Positions 1 to 13,625 of a stretch of DNA of 64,000 nucleotides are shown one piece after another. The translations under genes and the position numbers were made by a program. Each line of letters opens with the position of its first letter. Position 1 is the stretch's first letter. A model generated the notes under the pieces. The model saw nothing but the letters and a program-made list of their open reading frames with translations. It was not told where the DNA came from and ran no database searches. Origin of the DNA: the human T2T-CHM13v2.0 reference genome, Homo sapiens; assembly GCF_009914755.1 (NCBI RefSeq), contig NC_060933.1; one strand, written 5' to 3'.

Positions 1-1381
1 ATATGAACTCAGCAAATATTAAATTTTAATAGGAATCAGATAGATAAATAGATGGTTGAAATTTCATAAAATATTTGAATTAGTCTCCAGGGCTGAAATC
101 AGAATGTTAGCACTAGAGCATTTTCTATACCATGGAATATATACTATTAAGATGAGGTAGGTAGTAGTTGTTTCTCTGATATTATAGTAAGAGTTTCTGA
201 TGGCTTTTAAGTTCACAGGCTCAGGATTAATAGCTCACCCCCATCCAGTCTTGTGATACTGCCTACATGTAAAGCTTCCTCACTAGTCTGACCAGTCTCA
301 ATGTTGGTTTCCTCTAGCCTGATCATCAGCTCCCTCTAGAGGAAAGCCTGGAATTAGTACTTAGCCTCACTCATCTTCCTTTAGCCTATTTCCATCGATT
401 TACAGAGCCTGAACCCAGCCAACTGTGGCAACCACCTAATGACTGATTTGATTCCATGTGCAATCTTTCGGGAGTGCCAAATTCTCAATCTCTAACACAT
501 AAGTATGTTACACACATATTACTATCCATCTCTCTGAGTGTCCTCCTTCTAAATGATGCAGTTATCATGTAAAGGCTGCAGATTACCCAGATATGAGAAA
601 GAGAAAGAGTAAGAAGCAGACACAGACAAGGACGGAGGAAAAGAGTGAGGATTAGATGGATAGAAGGAAGAACAACGGAAAAATTTTTTCAAAAGTTTCC
701 TTGTTCAGAAGATATATTTATGTTCTTATTTGGAAAACAATGCATGTGACTCAGTATTACATAATCCGTATGTGGCAAAGTTCCCAGATCAAGGGCCTGA
801 AGAATATATCTATAGCAAATTTTGGCCACACCTGGATGCACCAGAAGGGCAGCAAAGATGACACAATGAACCTCAGAGAAGACACAATATTTGAAGAGGT
901 GGACAACTGTCCCTGAGGTTCAGACTCCAAATGAGTAAACAGTAATAGCTATCCTTTGTCTCAGGATGGAACTGGATGGAGGAGTTCCACATAGGGAAAG
1001 AAACACAGTCTGAGGGGAAAGACAGGTTGCACCCATTTGTGGAATATTAGTTGAAGGTTGAAAGGAAGAAGAGATTTTGTGTGCCACCCTGAACAGTATT
1101 TAATGATCTTTCTGCCCAGCTCCCAGGGACATATGATGGGTTCTCAAGGAATTAAAAAGGGAATGAGATGGAAAAACTATACATATGTGAAATTTAGAAA
1201 TATGAGAGGTCAAAGCAATTCTGGTTTTAGCTTCATAGCCTGGCTTAACATAGAAGAAAGATATGACTGCTTCATCAGGTAAAAAGGACGCAAGATTAAG
1301 AGAAGCATTCAGGAGGTGGTCAACAAACATTGATTTCCTCCCCCTGTTCCCTTCCACATTGCCGTCTGGAGGCTAGAGTCA

Positions 1382-1413
1382 ACACACACACACACACACG
1401 CACACACACACAC
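1382..1413 (+). repeat. (CA)n microsatellite with one CG interruption
   Basis: acacacacacacacacacgcacacacacacac read directly. Confidence 0.95.
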
Positions 1414-1579
1414 TCTCATCCTGACATTAGCAAGTATTGCACATTTGACGTCATGGATGCAAACCTCCCAGTGGTGACCTCTTTTTAATTCCTCTCCCGA
1501 GTAAAGTTTCTATTGATCAACTAAATGTATGAATGAAGGAGTGAATAACTGAACAATTTAGTGAAATTCTATTTAGTAT

Positions 1580-1780
1580 TCAGATCTATACTTGATACTG
1601 CAAGACACCTCCTGATATTATTTAATCCTTATTGCAACAATGTATAAATTGTTATACTCATTTAGAAATTAGAGAACTGAAGCTTATGCAAGTGACCTGC
1701 TTAGGATCACAACATAGAAACTAAGATTTGAGATTTAAACACAGATAATTTTAATTTAAATTCATTTCCTTTTCTAACAA
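1580..1780 (-). mobile_element. MIR SINE fragment
   Basis: ttatttaatcct...gagaactgaagctt...aagtgacctgcttaggatcaca resembles the antisense MIR core. Confidence 0.55.
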
Positions 1781-1867
1781 AGCTTCAACCTATAGGTGAT
1801 TTCACATAGTCACAGTATCAATCTTAGTCATTAAAATACACATTTCGTTGCAAGAAGTGTCAGGCAC

Positions 1868-2284
1868 TGTTGAATAGCTAGCCTAAGACTCATTTTCAAA
1901 CACCTAAATACTCACTGTTTCAGATTCTCTTGAAGCTAGGGAAGGCCAGCCGTCTTGAGTTCTGGTCAATGATTTGTAAGTGGAAGTTTGTTGATGGATA
2001 TGGAAAACTCTGCTTTTTGAAAGAAGGAACATACATCTCTAACATTCCACCTCCCCTCTACATCCTGCCTGACTATGAAAATGATGCTTAGAGCAGCAAC
2101 AATCATCTTGTGACCATTAGGAAAAAGTAAAAAAAAAGAAAAAAAGCTGCAGAGATGCTGCTTCTTACCTCATTGAATAACTACCTATATCCAGACTCCT
2201 TGCTGCATGAGAAAAACAAACTTCTATTTGTCTAAGGAATTTTAAGGTATTCTGTTAATTACAGGTAAAACAGCAACTAATACA
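1868..2284 (+). mobile_element. Old MaLR LTR (MLT1J/K/L-like)
   Basis: ttctggtcaatga...gtaagtggaagt, gcagcaacaatcatcttgtgacca and 3' end tattctgtta...ctaataca are typical of MLT1. Confidence 0.6.
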
Positions 2285-3924
2285 GAAAAATGTCTAAAAC
2301 ACCATCTCTAAAGTACACATATTAGTGAGATTTTAAAAATTAAATTGTATTATAATGAATATATATCCTTACTTTAAAAAGCGTATTTCCAAAGTCATAA
2401 TTTTCTGCTCTAAAAAAAGATCAAATGTCATCCATATTTAGTTGATTCTAAACTCATGAATATGAATGACAAAAGAAAATCTTTACAAAATTTGAATTAT
2501 TAAGATAAATACAGTTACTGCAATTTTTCTAAACGGCATCTAGCACATGGCTGATGCTCAATAAAGGCTGAGTGTTAAAAACTATGTATCTTATTAGCAA
2601 CACATCTCAGTACTATCATTTGGAAAAAGTCCTTTCTCTCACAAATCAATATCACAAAGAATCAGGCAGCAGGTGGAGGATGTAAAAATGAATCATTTTT
2701 CAATAACTTCTTTCAGCGTGGAAGGTTTCACATGTCTAGACATATTTTGCTGTTGAATTCCACACTGATATTTAAGGGATTGTTTTTCCCCATTGCATAC
2801 AAAATTACTCTAAATATAGTAAAGCATTTTGCTCACATGCTGTCAACCCCAGGCAAAACGTAGAGTCCATCTGTGTCCTTCCCTATAGTTCCAGCCAGTA
2901 TATCCCGCATCACACATCAGTCATCAGGTACAGGTTGAGCAAGAAGACGTTTCTCTCCAGTTTGATGATGAACAGAGTGAGTTCTTTTATTTTTAGAATT
3001 GACTAGAAACATTACAGTTTTCCCACATGGCATTCATTAAAAGTTTAACCTATCACTTAGTAATAAAAATGTGAAGAATAACAAGTAACAAAACTTTGAC
3101 TCAAAAAATTAATTTTTTTTGTGAGACAAGAATGTGAAGGGATTTGGTGTTTTTGTGATGTTTATACCATTCTCAGATAATCAGCTGTCAATGTCTTGCA
3201 GACTTATACCATGTCTTATTTGAGTAATTTTCAGAAAAATAAGCCCAGTGGGATAAGAAAGCCCAAATGCATACTCATATCAGGGATGCACCTGCATCTG
3301 AAAGGAGAAAAGGAAACAAATTAAAAAGAGGACTAGAAGATTTACTTGGCCTGAATGATGAGAGTCACCTGGGTAGAACCAATAATAATTGTTCACATCA
3401 AATGATTTCTGAAAATGATTTTAAGGATGTTTTACATAGCTAATGAGTTGTTCCCCAGTATACAAGTTCACCATTCTGATATATGTGGAAAGATAATCTT
3501 CATTAACAAAATGGAAAAATTAAATTTTAAAGTTTCTAACAGGTCACAACATTGCTATTGAATATACCGACTTCCAGCACCACTGCACTTGTTCTCCATT
3601 ACATTTCACTTAACGTACTCTTGATCCATTACTTGCAGTTATTTCAGATAAGGATGGAACTCTATTGTGGGTTGTTTGTAGGTGAAAAGGCAGTCTTCAC
3701 TTTCCCATGATGCCTAAAAAGAATAGGCAATTGGATGCATTGACTTGTCCAAGTATGATGAGAGTCTCTGCTCCCCCGTAACCAAATTATTGCTAACCCT
3801 CTTTTCAGACAATGTATTTCCAAAAATTCCGTTGGCCAACAGTATAGCTGTTTCATCTGTGCAGCCCCACTTACATGCAGGCTAGTCCATAGTGGCTTTC
3901 CTGGAGAAAACGATACTTTTATGT

Positions 3925-4145
3925 AATAATGGAAAGGGTTCTGGATATGTCATACGTCGTGGGTTTAAATCCTAGCTCTGCAATTTACCAGATGTGTGAA
4001 TACAGGGAACGTGCAAAGCTTCCTTGAACCTTAGTCCCCTATTTACAAAACTGGGGACATGATACTTATCTCACAGGACTGTTAAATGTTGAATGAAATG
4101 GTTTGTTTGAAAGTGCCTGGCTTATAGTAGGTCCAAAATAAATCT
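3925..4145 (+). mobile_element. MIR SINE
   Basis: gggtttaaatcctagctctgca...tgtgtga...ttacaaaactgggga...atctcacaggactgtt...aaagtgcctggcttatagtagg. Confidence 0.8.
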
Positions 4146-6061
4146 TCACTAAACCTGAACTGTTTAGCTTTCCAGTAATACGAAAAAAATATATATCAGG
4201 AACCCAGTAACTTCCTAGTGTCCAGAGGCTTAAATGTACCACACATAGAATACAGATTGTTTATGTTTATATGTGCATTGTTATAAGAAAACAAATGCCA
4301 CATACCCACCTAACAGGATGAAATGATTGACAGGTAACATTGACCTTCTTCCAGGAAATCACAGATTTTCAAAACAAGCACTTTTTAAAATTACAAAAAT
4401 ATGCAGCATGAATCAGAAAAGCAGGAGGCTGTGTTTGTTTGATCAACATTTCATTTTCCATAGCTTCCATCTTCGTTTTATTGCATGGTGTGCTATTTCC
4501 CTCAATAGAAAAGGAAGGCTACTGGGATGTTTGTTATAATCGTCTGCTTAAGGTTCTTTGGCAGATCACATGTTTTACTTAATTAAATAATGTCCCAATT
4601 AATTGATTTGTTTGTAGACATTCTTAATTTAGTAAAGGCTGAGCAGAATGCTAAAAATACCATTATATTTCTGACAGAGGCACCACTAAAGTCTGATAAT
4701 TGATAGCTTTGCTGTTTTCTCTGATGGCCTGAAAGGCTTTTAAAGCTAAATTCTGTAATCATGTTCATCTTTGGAAATTAGTTTTGTGAAACCACACATT
4801 TAGTTCTTGCTGAGAAATCTCATTTTAGTCATTTTAACATAATTTATAATGCATAAACTAAATTAGCTTTTGTAGCTAAGCCAGCACATTTTTCTTTAAT
4901 TTTTATCTCATCCTAATATATTTTTGACCTTGAAAACTGTAATGTCTGTTGGATATTGAAGCCTCTGAACAAAGAAAATCATTTCCATTCCATCACTATG
5001 GTTACACTTTCTTCGCTCTCCAGCACTGAACACTGCTGAAAGTGTTGAATCTGGATTCCTCAGGAGGGCAAGGGGAACTTCATGTAATATCATTTAGTTC
5101 TGATTAAATAAACACATATACATAATGGAACCCAGGAAAGTAGCAAATTACTTCACTTTGTTTACATTGCATATGATCTGACTGATGGTAAGGGGCAATA
5201 TATCACCCAATGTTATACATTTCAGGTTCTGCTGTGTGTGGTTTATCCCTAGGCAGTCACACATACATATTCGTCTCCAAAAACACAGTCAAAATGCCAG
5301 GCAGCTCCTAACACCTCCAATACTCCTGAAGTCAAAGCGGTTTTATCCCCTTCTAACAACAGAGAACTTCTAGTGCAAATCATACAGTTCCCTGTCTGCC
5401 AGAGATGTGTTTCAAATGAGCTTGCAACGTGTCTCTCTCCATCCTAAAATGGGTTGTGGCTGCCTATAAAAGCAAGAGAAGAACCTGGTCATTCAAACGA
5501 ATGCTATACCTGCTGCCTCTGATAGAAAAATACCCTTTTTTACAGACGGCAGCATTTGTTAAAACGTGTCTTGAATTTCTTTTATTACACAGCTGGTCTA
5601 CAATGTTAACTACAATAGGTTTGCTGTTTTGTTCTTTGCCTTAGTAGCTTATGTATCAAAGCCATCTCCAAGAAAATCGTTGGTAACTAGTTGGTATCAT
5701 TAAGGGTCAATACTGTTTTTAAAAGTACAATGTATCCAATCAGTATTATGGCATATTAAATCCATATAAACTCAAATGGAATGTCTCCTTCCCATGGTCG
5801 ATATTCACAGATTTCCAGCTACATGGGTTGGCTTGTGCAAAAGTAATGCAGAGCTATTCATTTCAGCAGCATATGATAAAAAACTGGAGTGAGAGAGGAA
5901 ACAGCTAGAGCCCAGGTAGGAAAGAAATCTGCGTCTTGAATAGCTTTCAGGTACATGGACCACAATAATCATCTCTGTGGCCTGGCACAGAAAATACACA
6001 ATAAATATTTGTGGCATGGAAGAATAGGTGGGTATTTGAAAGGGCTCACTTTTTTTTCAGA

Positions 6062-6782
6062 TGTAAAGATCTTTTGGTGGTGGAAAAGAACACACTGATA
6101 CTCAGACAGATAAAAGGCAGAACTCCAGCTCCAAGTAAAAAAGGGCTGCCAGCCAGGGTCACACAGGGGGTGGCATCCAGGAAGAGGGTAGCAGCAAGCT
6201 GGAGCTGGAGGGAGCAGCCTGTGTATGGCAAATGGGATTGAGCTAGCTAGGTGTCCTGGACTCGCTGCAGATTAGCTAATTTGAATAATTCTGTGGGCTC
6301 CAAGGCATGAGGGCTAGTTGTCCACCCCTGGGTAATAGTGGTCCCAGAGTGAAAGAGCCTGATAAGAGAAGTGATCGGAGTATAGACTTAATCAGCAACT
6401 GAAAACGGGAAATTGATCCACATCTAGCCAGGGCCTCAGAACTGGATCAATACAGCATTTTTTTTTTTTTTTAGACGGAGTATTGCTCTGTCGCCCAGGC
6501 TGGAGTACAGTGGCACGATTTCAGTTCACTGCAAGCTCCACCTCCCGGGTTCACACCCATTCTCCTGCCTCAGCCTCCCGAGTAGCTGGGACTACAGGCA
6601 CCCGCCACCATGCCCGGCTGATTTTTTGTATTTTTAGTAGAGACGGGGTTTCACCTTGTTACCCAGGATGGTCTCAATCTCCTGACCTCGTGATCCACCC
6701 GCCTCGGCCTCCCAGAGTGCTGGGATTACAGGCGTGAGTCACCGCGCCTGGCCAAGACAGCATTTTTTAAAACTCTGTTACA
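6062..6782 (-). mobile_element. ERVL-class solo LTR (MER74/MER73/MER88-like), interrupted by AluY
   Basis: Reverse strand starts tgtaacagag...ttgatccagttctgaggccctggctag; internal attagctaatttgaataatt; family recalled from memory. Confidence 0.45.
6458..6753 (-). mobile_element. AluY, full length
   Basis: Poly(T) plus antisense Alu with Y-type gcaagctcc and cctgacctcgtgatcc; TSD aa(t/g)acagcattt at 6449-6460 and 6754-6765. Confidence 0.95.
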
Positions 6783-6903
6783 TTCATCTACCTACAGAAA
6801 TAAAGAATGTGGTTAAAATGCAGCAAAGCATTACATGACATTCAGTAGCAACCAAAATGTCATTGAAGTGTGACATGGAGTATGTAACAAAAGCTAACCT
6901 GGC

Positions 6904-7342
6904 TGCTATCGTTTGGATATGGTTTATCCCTACCAAAACGCATGTTGAAATTTGATTCCTTATGTGGAGGTTTTGGGAGGTGGGACCTAGTGGGGTGTTT
7001 GGGTTCCGGGAGCGGAACACTCATGAATAGGTTAATGCCCTCCTGTGAGTGAATAAATTAGTTCTTACCAGAGTGGGTTGTTAAAAAGAGTCTGAATTCC
7101 TGGGTTTCTCTCTCTCTTGCTTCCTCCATTTCCATGTGATCGTTTTGCACATACCTGCTTTCCTTCGGCTTTCAGCCATGAGTGGAAACAGCATGAGGCC
7201 CTCACTGGAAACTAAGCAGATACAAGCACCAGGCTTCTTGAACTTCCTGGCCTATAGAACCATGAGCTAAATAAACCTCATTTCTTTATAAATAACCCAG
7301 CCTCAGGTATTCTGTTACAGCAACACAAAATGAACTAAAACA
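6904..7342 (+). mobile_element. MST-family MaLR solo LTR (MSTB/MSTC-like)
   Basis: Starts tgctatcgtttggatatgg, has aataaacctc, ends gcctcaggtattctgttacagcaacacaaaatgaactaaaaca; 5-bp TSD ctggc/ttggc. Confidence 0.85.
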
Positions 7343-7647
7343 TTGGCCCTGACTTGAACTAACGATGCAGATAATTATAAAATAATTTATTAGAAGTCTT
7401 TTGGGGGGGATAATCAAGTTTTCATAATTTAGTTTTGATATGTAAAACACTAAAGAGAGGCAACTCCCAAACATTTTCTATATTTTTGTTAGCCTCCAAT
7501 GTTTTCCACTATGTGCCAGGAACAATTCTGCATATGGGTTGGAGTCTGTATTTTTTAAGCAAATGTAACTGGGACTGCCCAAGTTTAGTAGGCACTACCA
7601 TCATATAATTCATCATGCTGCATTGGAGGCAGAAACCAAAGGCTAGC

Positions 7648-8170
7648 TGTGGTAGGCAGAATAATAGTCCCTGAAAGAGGTCCTCAAACTAATCCCTTGA
7701 TTTGTGACTACATTATGTTACATAGTAAGGAGAATTAAGGTTTCAAATGGAATTAAGCTGGCTAATCAACTGGTCTTAAAATAGGGAGATTATCTAGGTA
7801 GCCCCATTATAATCACAAGGGTCCTCAAAAGTAGAAGGAGACAGAGAGGAAGTCAGAGTGATGAGATGTAAGAAGGACTAGATAAACTATTGCTAGCTTT
7901 GACGACGGAGGAAGTATACCATGAGCCAAGGAGTGTGGGCAGCCTGTACATGACAGAAAAGGCAAAAGAATGGGTTCTCCCCTAATGCTGTGGCCTGAGA
8001 AGTTGGGCTGTATTCCTTTCAAGAGAAAGGAATACAGCCCAACTGACACCTCAGTTTTAGCCCCATGAGACCCATGTTAGACTTCTGACCTTTACAACTG
8101 TAAATTTGTGGTGTCTTAAGCTATTATATTTATGGTAATTTGTTGCAGCAGCAAATAGGTAACTAATAAC
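7648..8170 (+). mobile_element. MLT1D-like MaLR solo LTR
   Basis: Starts tgtggtaggcagaataat; ggaattaagctggctaatca; ends ggtaatttgttgcagcagcaaataggtaactaata. Confidence 0.8.
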
Positions 8171-10745
8171 CATCTAAACTCCCAAAGCATAAAACCACTA
8201 CTTCTATTTTTTTCCCATATTTCCTTTACACAAAATTTTGTTTACTAAGAAGACAAGCTCTCAATGACTTTTCCAGAGACAACTGACTTTTGCTTTTGCT
8301 GAGGTATTTGAATGTTTCATATACAACCCATGACAACTTCATACTGAAAGCATTTTCTGTCAATGGACCGTCCTTCATTCTCAAATATTAATTTTTTGAA
8401 TACTTGTATTTAAAAATAAATACTAATCTACTTTGATTTTGTAGAAGGCAACCCTAGAATATAAGAAAATTGCTTCTCAGGCCACAGTATTGACTTTGAG
8501 GACTTCAATACTACTGCCAAATAATATTTGAAGAAGATAACCATACCCTCTGTTCCTTAAAGTAATCATTATTTTTACTTTCTTTACCCATATTCATTCT
8601 TGTACACTCAAAAAACACAGCTCCAACTAATCCCTTTAGTTAGAAGTAGAGGATACCAGAATTTACGACGTCTTTTGAATGAAACACACAGAACAGAAGT
8701 GGTTTCAAGGTCAGGTTTAAGGGGTATAAAGGTACATGACAGTAGCTAGAAAACGCAAGGTGGCTGAGTTGTCATAGCACGAATCCTTCATGAGCAGGCA
8801 TTATTCTAATCTGGTTATCAAGTTTATGGGTAAATATCAAGAGGTGAATAATCTAGAGAGCAGTTCTCTGAATGGAGAGTGAGAAAAAAACTGAATGTCA
8901 ATCCTAGCTTCTCTCCTGAGTAACAGAGGGTAGTTTTCATGTAGCCTCCCCTCTGTTTTTGTGTGACCTTCCTCTGTTTCTACAGCTAAATCAAAATGCT
9001 TCTGTATCTTGCAGGGACACCCTCATCCCTTTACTTTCCAGTTGTTGCCCTTAATGGAGTTTTGATTCTTTGATCTGTCTCCTCTGCTTTTTTCCTTTCT
9101 GAGTTCAGAAAGCTTGAGTATCTGATTTTCCTCTTTTGCTTTCTTATCCCTCCAATCTGGTCTTTAAATGTCAGTTTTAGTCAAGGGTCTTTCCATTTTT
9201 ACACTAAGCCTGTCTTTTTTCCTTTTTTTCTTGAGAGGAAAGTTTCTTTTCAAATCCACTTTGTTACTGTTGTTTATTTTTGTTATTGTTCTCTTTAGTA
9301 ACAAAACTTTGTATCTCACAGGAAGTAGTGATGACATCTCTAGAGGCAAATTTTACTTTTTTCAGCATCTATTCACTGAACACCAACTTTATTCCATGGT
9401 AAACTTCAGGGAGAAAAGAATAAAAGATGAGTGAGACAATCTACCCTAAAATAATTCACCAACTAGAAAATTTTTTAAAATAACTATATTATAGAAAATA
9501 AATAAATGTGATGACCATTTCCTAAAGGTCCTGACATATGGTACTATGTGATGGTTTTCTTCTCCTTTCTCATTATCATCCCTGAGCACTCAAAATAGCG
9601 GACCTCAGTCCAAATTCCCCCAGCTGGAGTACAACCAAACAGAAGTGTAAATGTTCAGGCACCCATCCCATCAGTGACCCACAAATCCCTGAACTAAAAA
9701 TACTTCATAAGAAAGAAGAGCAAGGAGTACTGAAACATGATAAGTAATCTCCTCTCAAAACCATTCTCAGTACTCACTCTCACAATGACAAAGCCCCCTT
9801 TGAAGATACTCAAAACTCTGCCCAGGAAAAAAAAATGCAATGTATCCATTCTCTTAATGATGGTCATTTGGATTGTTTCCATTTGGGGCTATTATTAATA
9901 GAGCTGCTGCGAATATTTGTATAAAAAAATCTCTTTTTGGGGATATGTTTTCCTTTATCTTGGGTAAATATGTAGGAATGAAATTATTTGGTTTTAAGTT
10001 ATTCTTATGCTTTAATTTATAAGAAACTAGCAGTTTTCAAATTGTTTATACCATTTTGTACTCTTACCAGCTATATATAAAAATTCTAGTTGCTTTACAT
10101 CCTGGCCAACATTTAGTGCTGTCAGACTTTTTAAATTTAAGCCATTCTAGAAGTGGATATCTTATTTTTATATTAATTTGTATTTCTCTGATGACTAATA
10201 AGATTGTGCAACATTTCAAGTGCTTATCGGTTATTTCTATATCTTCCTTTTGAAGTGTCTGATTTGCCTATTTATTATTGAGATGTCTTTTTATTATTGA
10301 ATTGAAGGTATTCCTTATATACTTTGCATACAAGTCCTTTGTTATATATGTATGTATGATGAATATTTTCTTTTATGTTTGCCTATCCATTTTCTTAACA
10401 GACACTTTCAGTGAGCTGAAGGTTTTAATTTTGAATAACAGATTATTGTGTTTTTTCTTTTAAGGTCATTGTTCTCCAAGAACACTGTACCAGCCTCAGG
10501 ATTATGAAGATATTCTCTTACCAGATTATTCTAGAAACTACACACTTTTAGCTTTTGTATCAGATTCATGACCCATCTTGAAATTATTTTTAAATGATGA
10601 GTGATACATAGACTGAGTTGTTTTGATTTGTTTTGTTTTGTTTTTCTCACTGTGAATACCAGTGTTCCAGCTTCATTTCTTGAAAATAATTTATTTTCTC
10701 CCATTGAATGGCATTGGCTTTTTTGTCAAAAATCGCTTGACTATA

Positions 10746-11123
10746 TGTATTAGTCCATTCTCACATTGCTATAAGGAACTACCTGAGACTGGGTCGTTTA
10801 TAAAGAAAAGAGGTTTAATTGATTCAATTTCAACAGGCTGTACAGGAGGCATGGCTGGGGAGGCCTTAGGAAACTTACAATCATGGCAGAAGGCAAAGGG
10901 GAAGCAAGCACGTCATCACTGGCCAGCAGGAGATAGAGAGAGCAAAGGGGAAGGGCTACACATTTTCAAACAACCAGAGCTCATCAGTACTCACTATCAC
11001 AAGAAGAGCAAAGGGGAAATCCAGTCACCTGATCCAATCACCTCCCACCAGGTCCCTCCCCAAACATTGGGGATTAGAATTAAACATGAGATTTGGGTGG
11101 AGACACAGAGCCAAACCATATCA
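10746..11123 (-). mobile_element. THE1D/MSTA-type MaLR solo LTR
   Basis: tgtattagtccattctcacattgctataa...gagatttgggtggagacacagagccaaaccatatca; perfect 5-bp TSD ctata (10741-10745, 11124-11128). Confidence 0.92.
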
Positions 11124-12271
11124 CTATATGTAAGTATTGATCTACTTCTGGGCACTCTATTCTGTTCCTTTGATCATAATAGATCTAGCATTAGGTCAAT
11201 ATCAAACTATCTTGAATACTGTAACTTCACAATATATTTTGAAATCAGGTAGTGTATATTCTTTGTCTTTTCTCTTCAAGATTATTTTGACTATTCCTGG
11301 TCCTCTGCATTAACAAATAATTTCAGAATCTGCTTGTCAAGGAGAAACAGCCTCTTGGAATTTTGAGATTACACTGAAAATCTGGAGACACATTTGGGGA
11401 AAACTGACATTTTAACATAATTAATCTTGAATATGGTATATTTCTTCACTTATGAAGATCTTTAATTTTATCCAGCAAGATTTTTAAATTTTCTGTGAGT
11501 TTTTGCACATCTTATTTTATTTCTAATTTTTAATGTCTTTAATTTTTTTTCAATATGATTAGCAAATTATGTGCTTCTGTTACATAGAAAGGCACTTGAT
11601 GTTTGTATGTGGACCCTGTATTTGGTGGTCTTGCTAAATTAATGTGTTGGTTGTAGGGTTATTTTGTGTAGATCCCATAGAATTTCTATGTACACATTCA
11701 TATTGCCATTTTTCTGATTGTGTGGTTGATTTGCCTTATGCTAGCCATGACCTTCAGCACAACATTGAATAGAAGCAGTAGGAACAGGCTTCCTTGCCGT
11801 GTTCCCAATATCATGGGGAAAACCAGCAGTACTTCAACATTAAATATTTTAGCTGTACATTTCATCAGACTAAGGAAGCTCCCTACTATTTCTACTTTGC
11901 TGAGAGGTTTTTAAAAATAACTATTGAATTTTATCTTTTTCTGCATTTTTATTTTAACTTTTTCTGTGGCATACTACTTTGATTTTCGAATAATGAAATA
12001 ATATTGCATTCATTTGTAAAATAAATCCCACTTTGTCGTGATGTACTATCCAATTATACATTTTTAAATTCAATTCCTAATATTTTGTCAAGATTTCTGC
12101 ACCTATGTTTATGAAAGATATTAGAGTATGACATCAAGGTTATGTTCGCTTTATAAAGTTTAGTAGCATTTCCAACTCCTTTTTCTGAACAAGTTTATGT
12201 AAAGCTAGAAATATTTGTTTTTTAATGTAAGACAAAATTTTCCAGATAAGCAACCTAGCTCTGGAATTACG

Positions 12272-12273
<2 letters not shown>

Positions 12274-12305
<32 letters not shown>

Positions 12306-12703
12306 GTATATATATAATATATACATGTATATATTATATACTTATATGTATATTATATACAATGTGTATATATGTATAATTACATACATATATGTATATT
12401 ATATACATATATGTATATATATTATATAATATATGTATATATTATATACACACATATATAATATATACATATATTATATATGTATATATTTTATATATAC
12501 ATGTATATATTATACATATATTATATATAAGTGTATATATTATATATATATATATAATATACATACGCGTATATAATATATACATATATAATATATACGC
12601 GTATATATTATATATACATATATATGCATATATACACGTATAGTAATACATACGTATAATACACGTATAATACGTGTATTATATATATATATATATACAC
12701 ACA

Positions 12704-12726
<23 letters not shown>
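12274..12726. repeat. Compound (TA)n-rich low-complexity array, ~450 bp
   Basis: Alternating TA with TG/CA/CG variants, abutting the Alu poly(T). Confidence 0.95.
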
Positions 12727-12753
<27 letters not shown>

Positions 12754-13043
12754 GAGATGGAGTCTCTGCACTCCAGCCTCTGTTGCCGGGCTGGAGTGCA
12801 GTGGCACAATGTCGGCTCACTGAAACCTCCACCTCCTGGGTTCAAGTAATTCTCCTGCCTCAGCCTCCTGAGTAACTGGGACTACAGGCACCCACCACCA
12901 CACTAATTTTTGTATTTTTAGTGGACACAGGGTTTCACCATGTTGGCCACGGCCAGGATGGTCTCAATCTCTTGACCTTGTGATCCACCTGCCTTAGCCT
13001 CCCAAAGCGCTGGGATTACAGGTGTAAGACACCGTGCCCAGCC
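12726..13043 (-). mobile_element. AluSc-like, with internal micro-rearrangements
   Basis: Antisense Alu with Sc-type ggatggtctcaatctcttgacc; TSD aatta(c/t)gggtatat at 12265-12278 and 13044-13057. Confidence 0.9.
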
Positions 13044-13245
13044 AATTATGGGTATATTTTAAATTACAAATTAAATTTCTTTAACAGTTATAAATTAAGT
13101 TTTTAAATTTGGGAGCATAAAGTTACTCACAGTATTTTCTTACTAATTTTTGATGCCTACAGCACTACAGAGTGATTCCAACATTTCTTTTATTGGTAAT
13201 TTGTATTTTTATTTTCTTTTCAAATTGTTATCTGTATAGCTAGGG

Positions 13246-13451
13246 CAACTCTTCTCAACCGGGGTTCCATGAAAGAATTAAGCCTGAATGCCCTAAGGGT
13301 ATCTACCATGTAAAATGAAAAAAAAAAATCCTATTGATCTAAACTAGTAGTATTAGATATGTAACTTTCTTGGAATATAAAGCAAATACACAATCCAATC
13401 ATATTTGTTAAGTCTCAATTATCTTTCAAAATCCCAGTTGTGAAAAGTCAC
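13246..13451. mobile_element. hAT-Charlie MITE (MER112-like)
   Basis: Terminal inverted repeat (TIR)-like ends cttctcaaccggggtt ... atcccagttgtgaaaag inside the old L1. Confidence 0.45.
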
Positions 13452-13625
13452 TTCTCAATTTTATTGATCTTCTCAGATAATTGATTTTTTGGTTCACTGA
13501 TTTTTTTTAATGTTTGCTCATTTTCTGTTTCATTGATTTTCATTATTTATTATTTCTTCTCTTCAATTTACTTTGGGTATAATTTACTATTTTTTTCTTC
13601 TTCTTTTCCACTATGTTTTTTACTA

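Noticed and set aside
6645-6670. AluYb8-like base (caccttgtt) in the first Alu
   Set aside because: Single position only; the Yb8 7-bp duplication is absent and the copy is too diverged, so it is not evidence of a human-specific insertion.
10662-11252. 196-aa ORF
   Set aside because: Runs through antisense L1 and a MaLR LTR; typical repeat-derived translation.
12392-12845. Tyr/Ile-rich ORFs on both strands
   Set aside because: Translation of the TA array.
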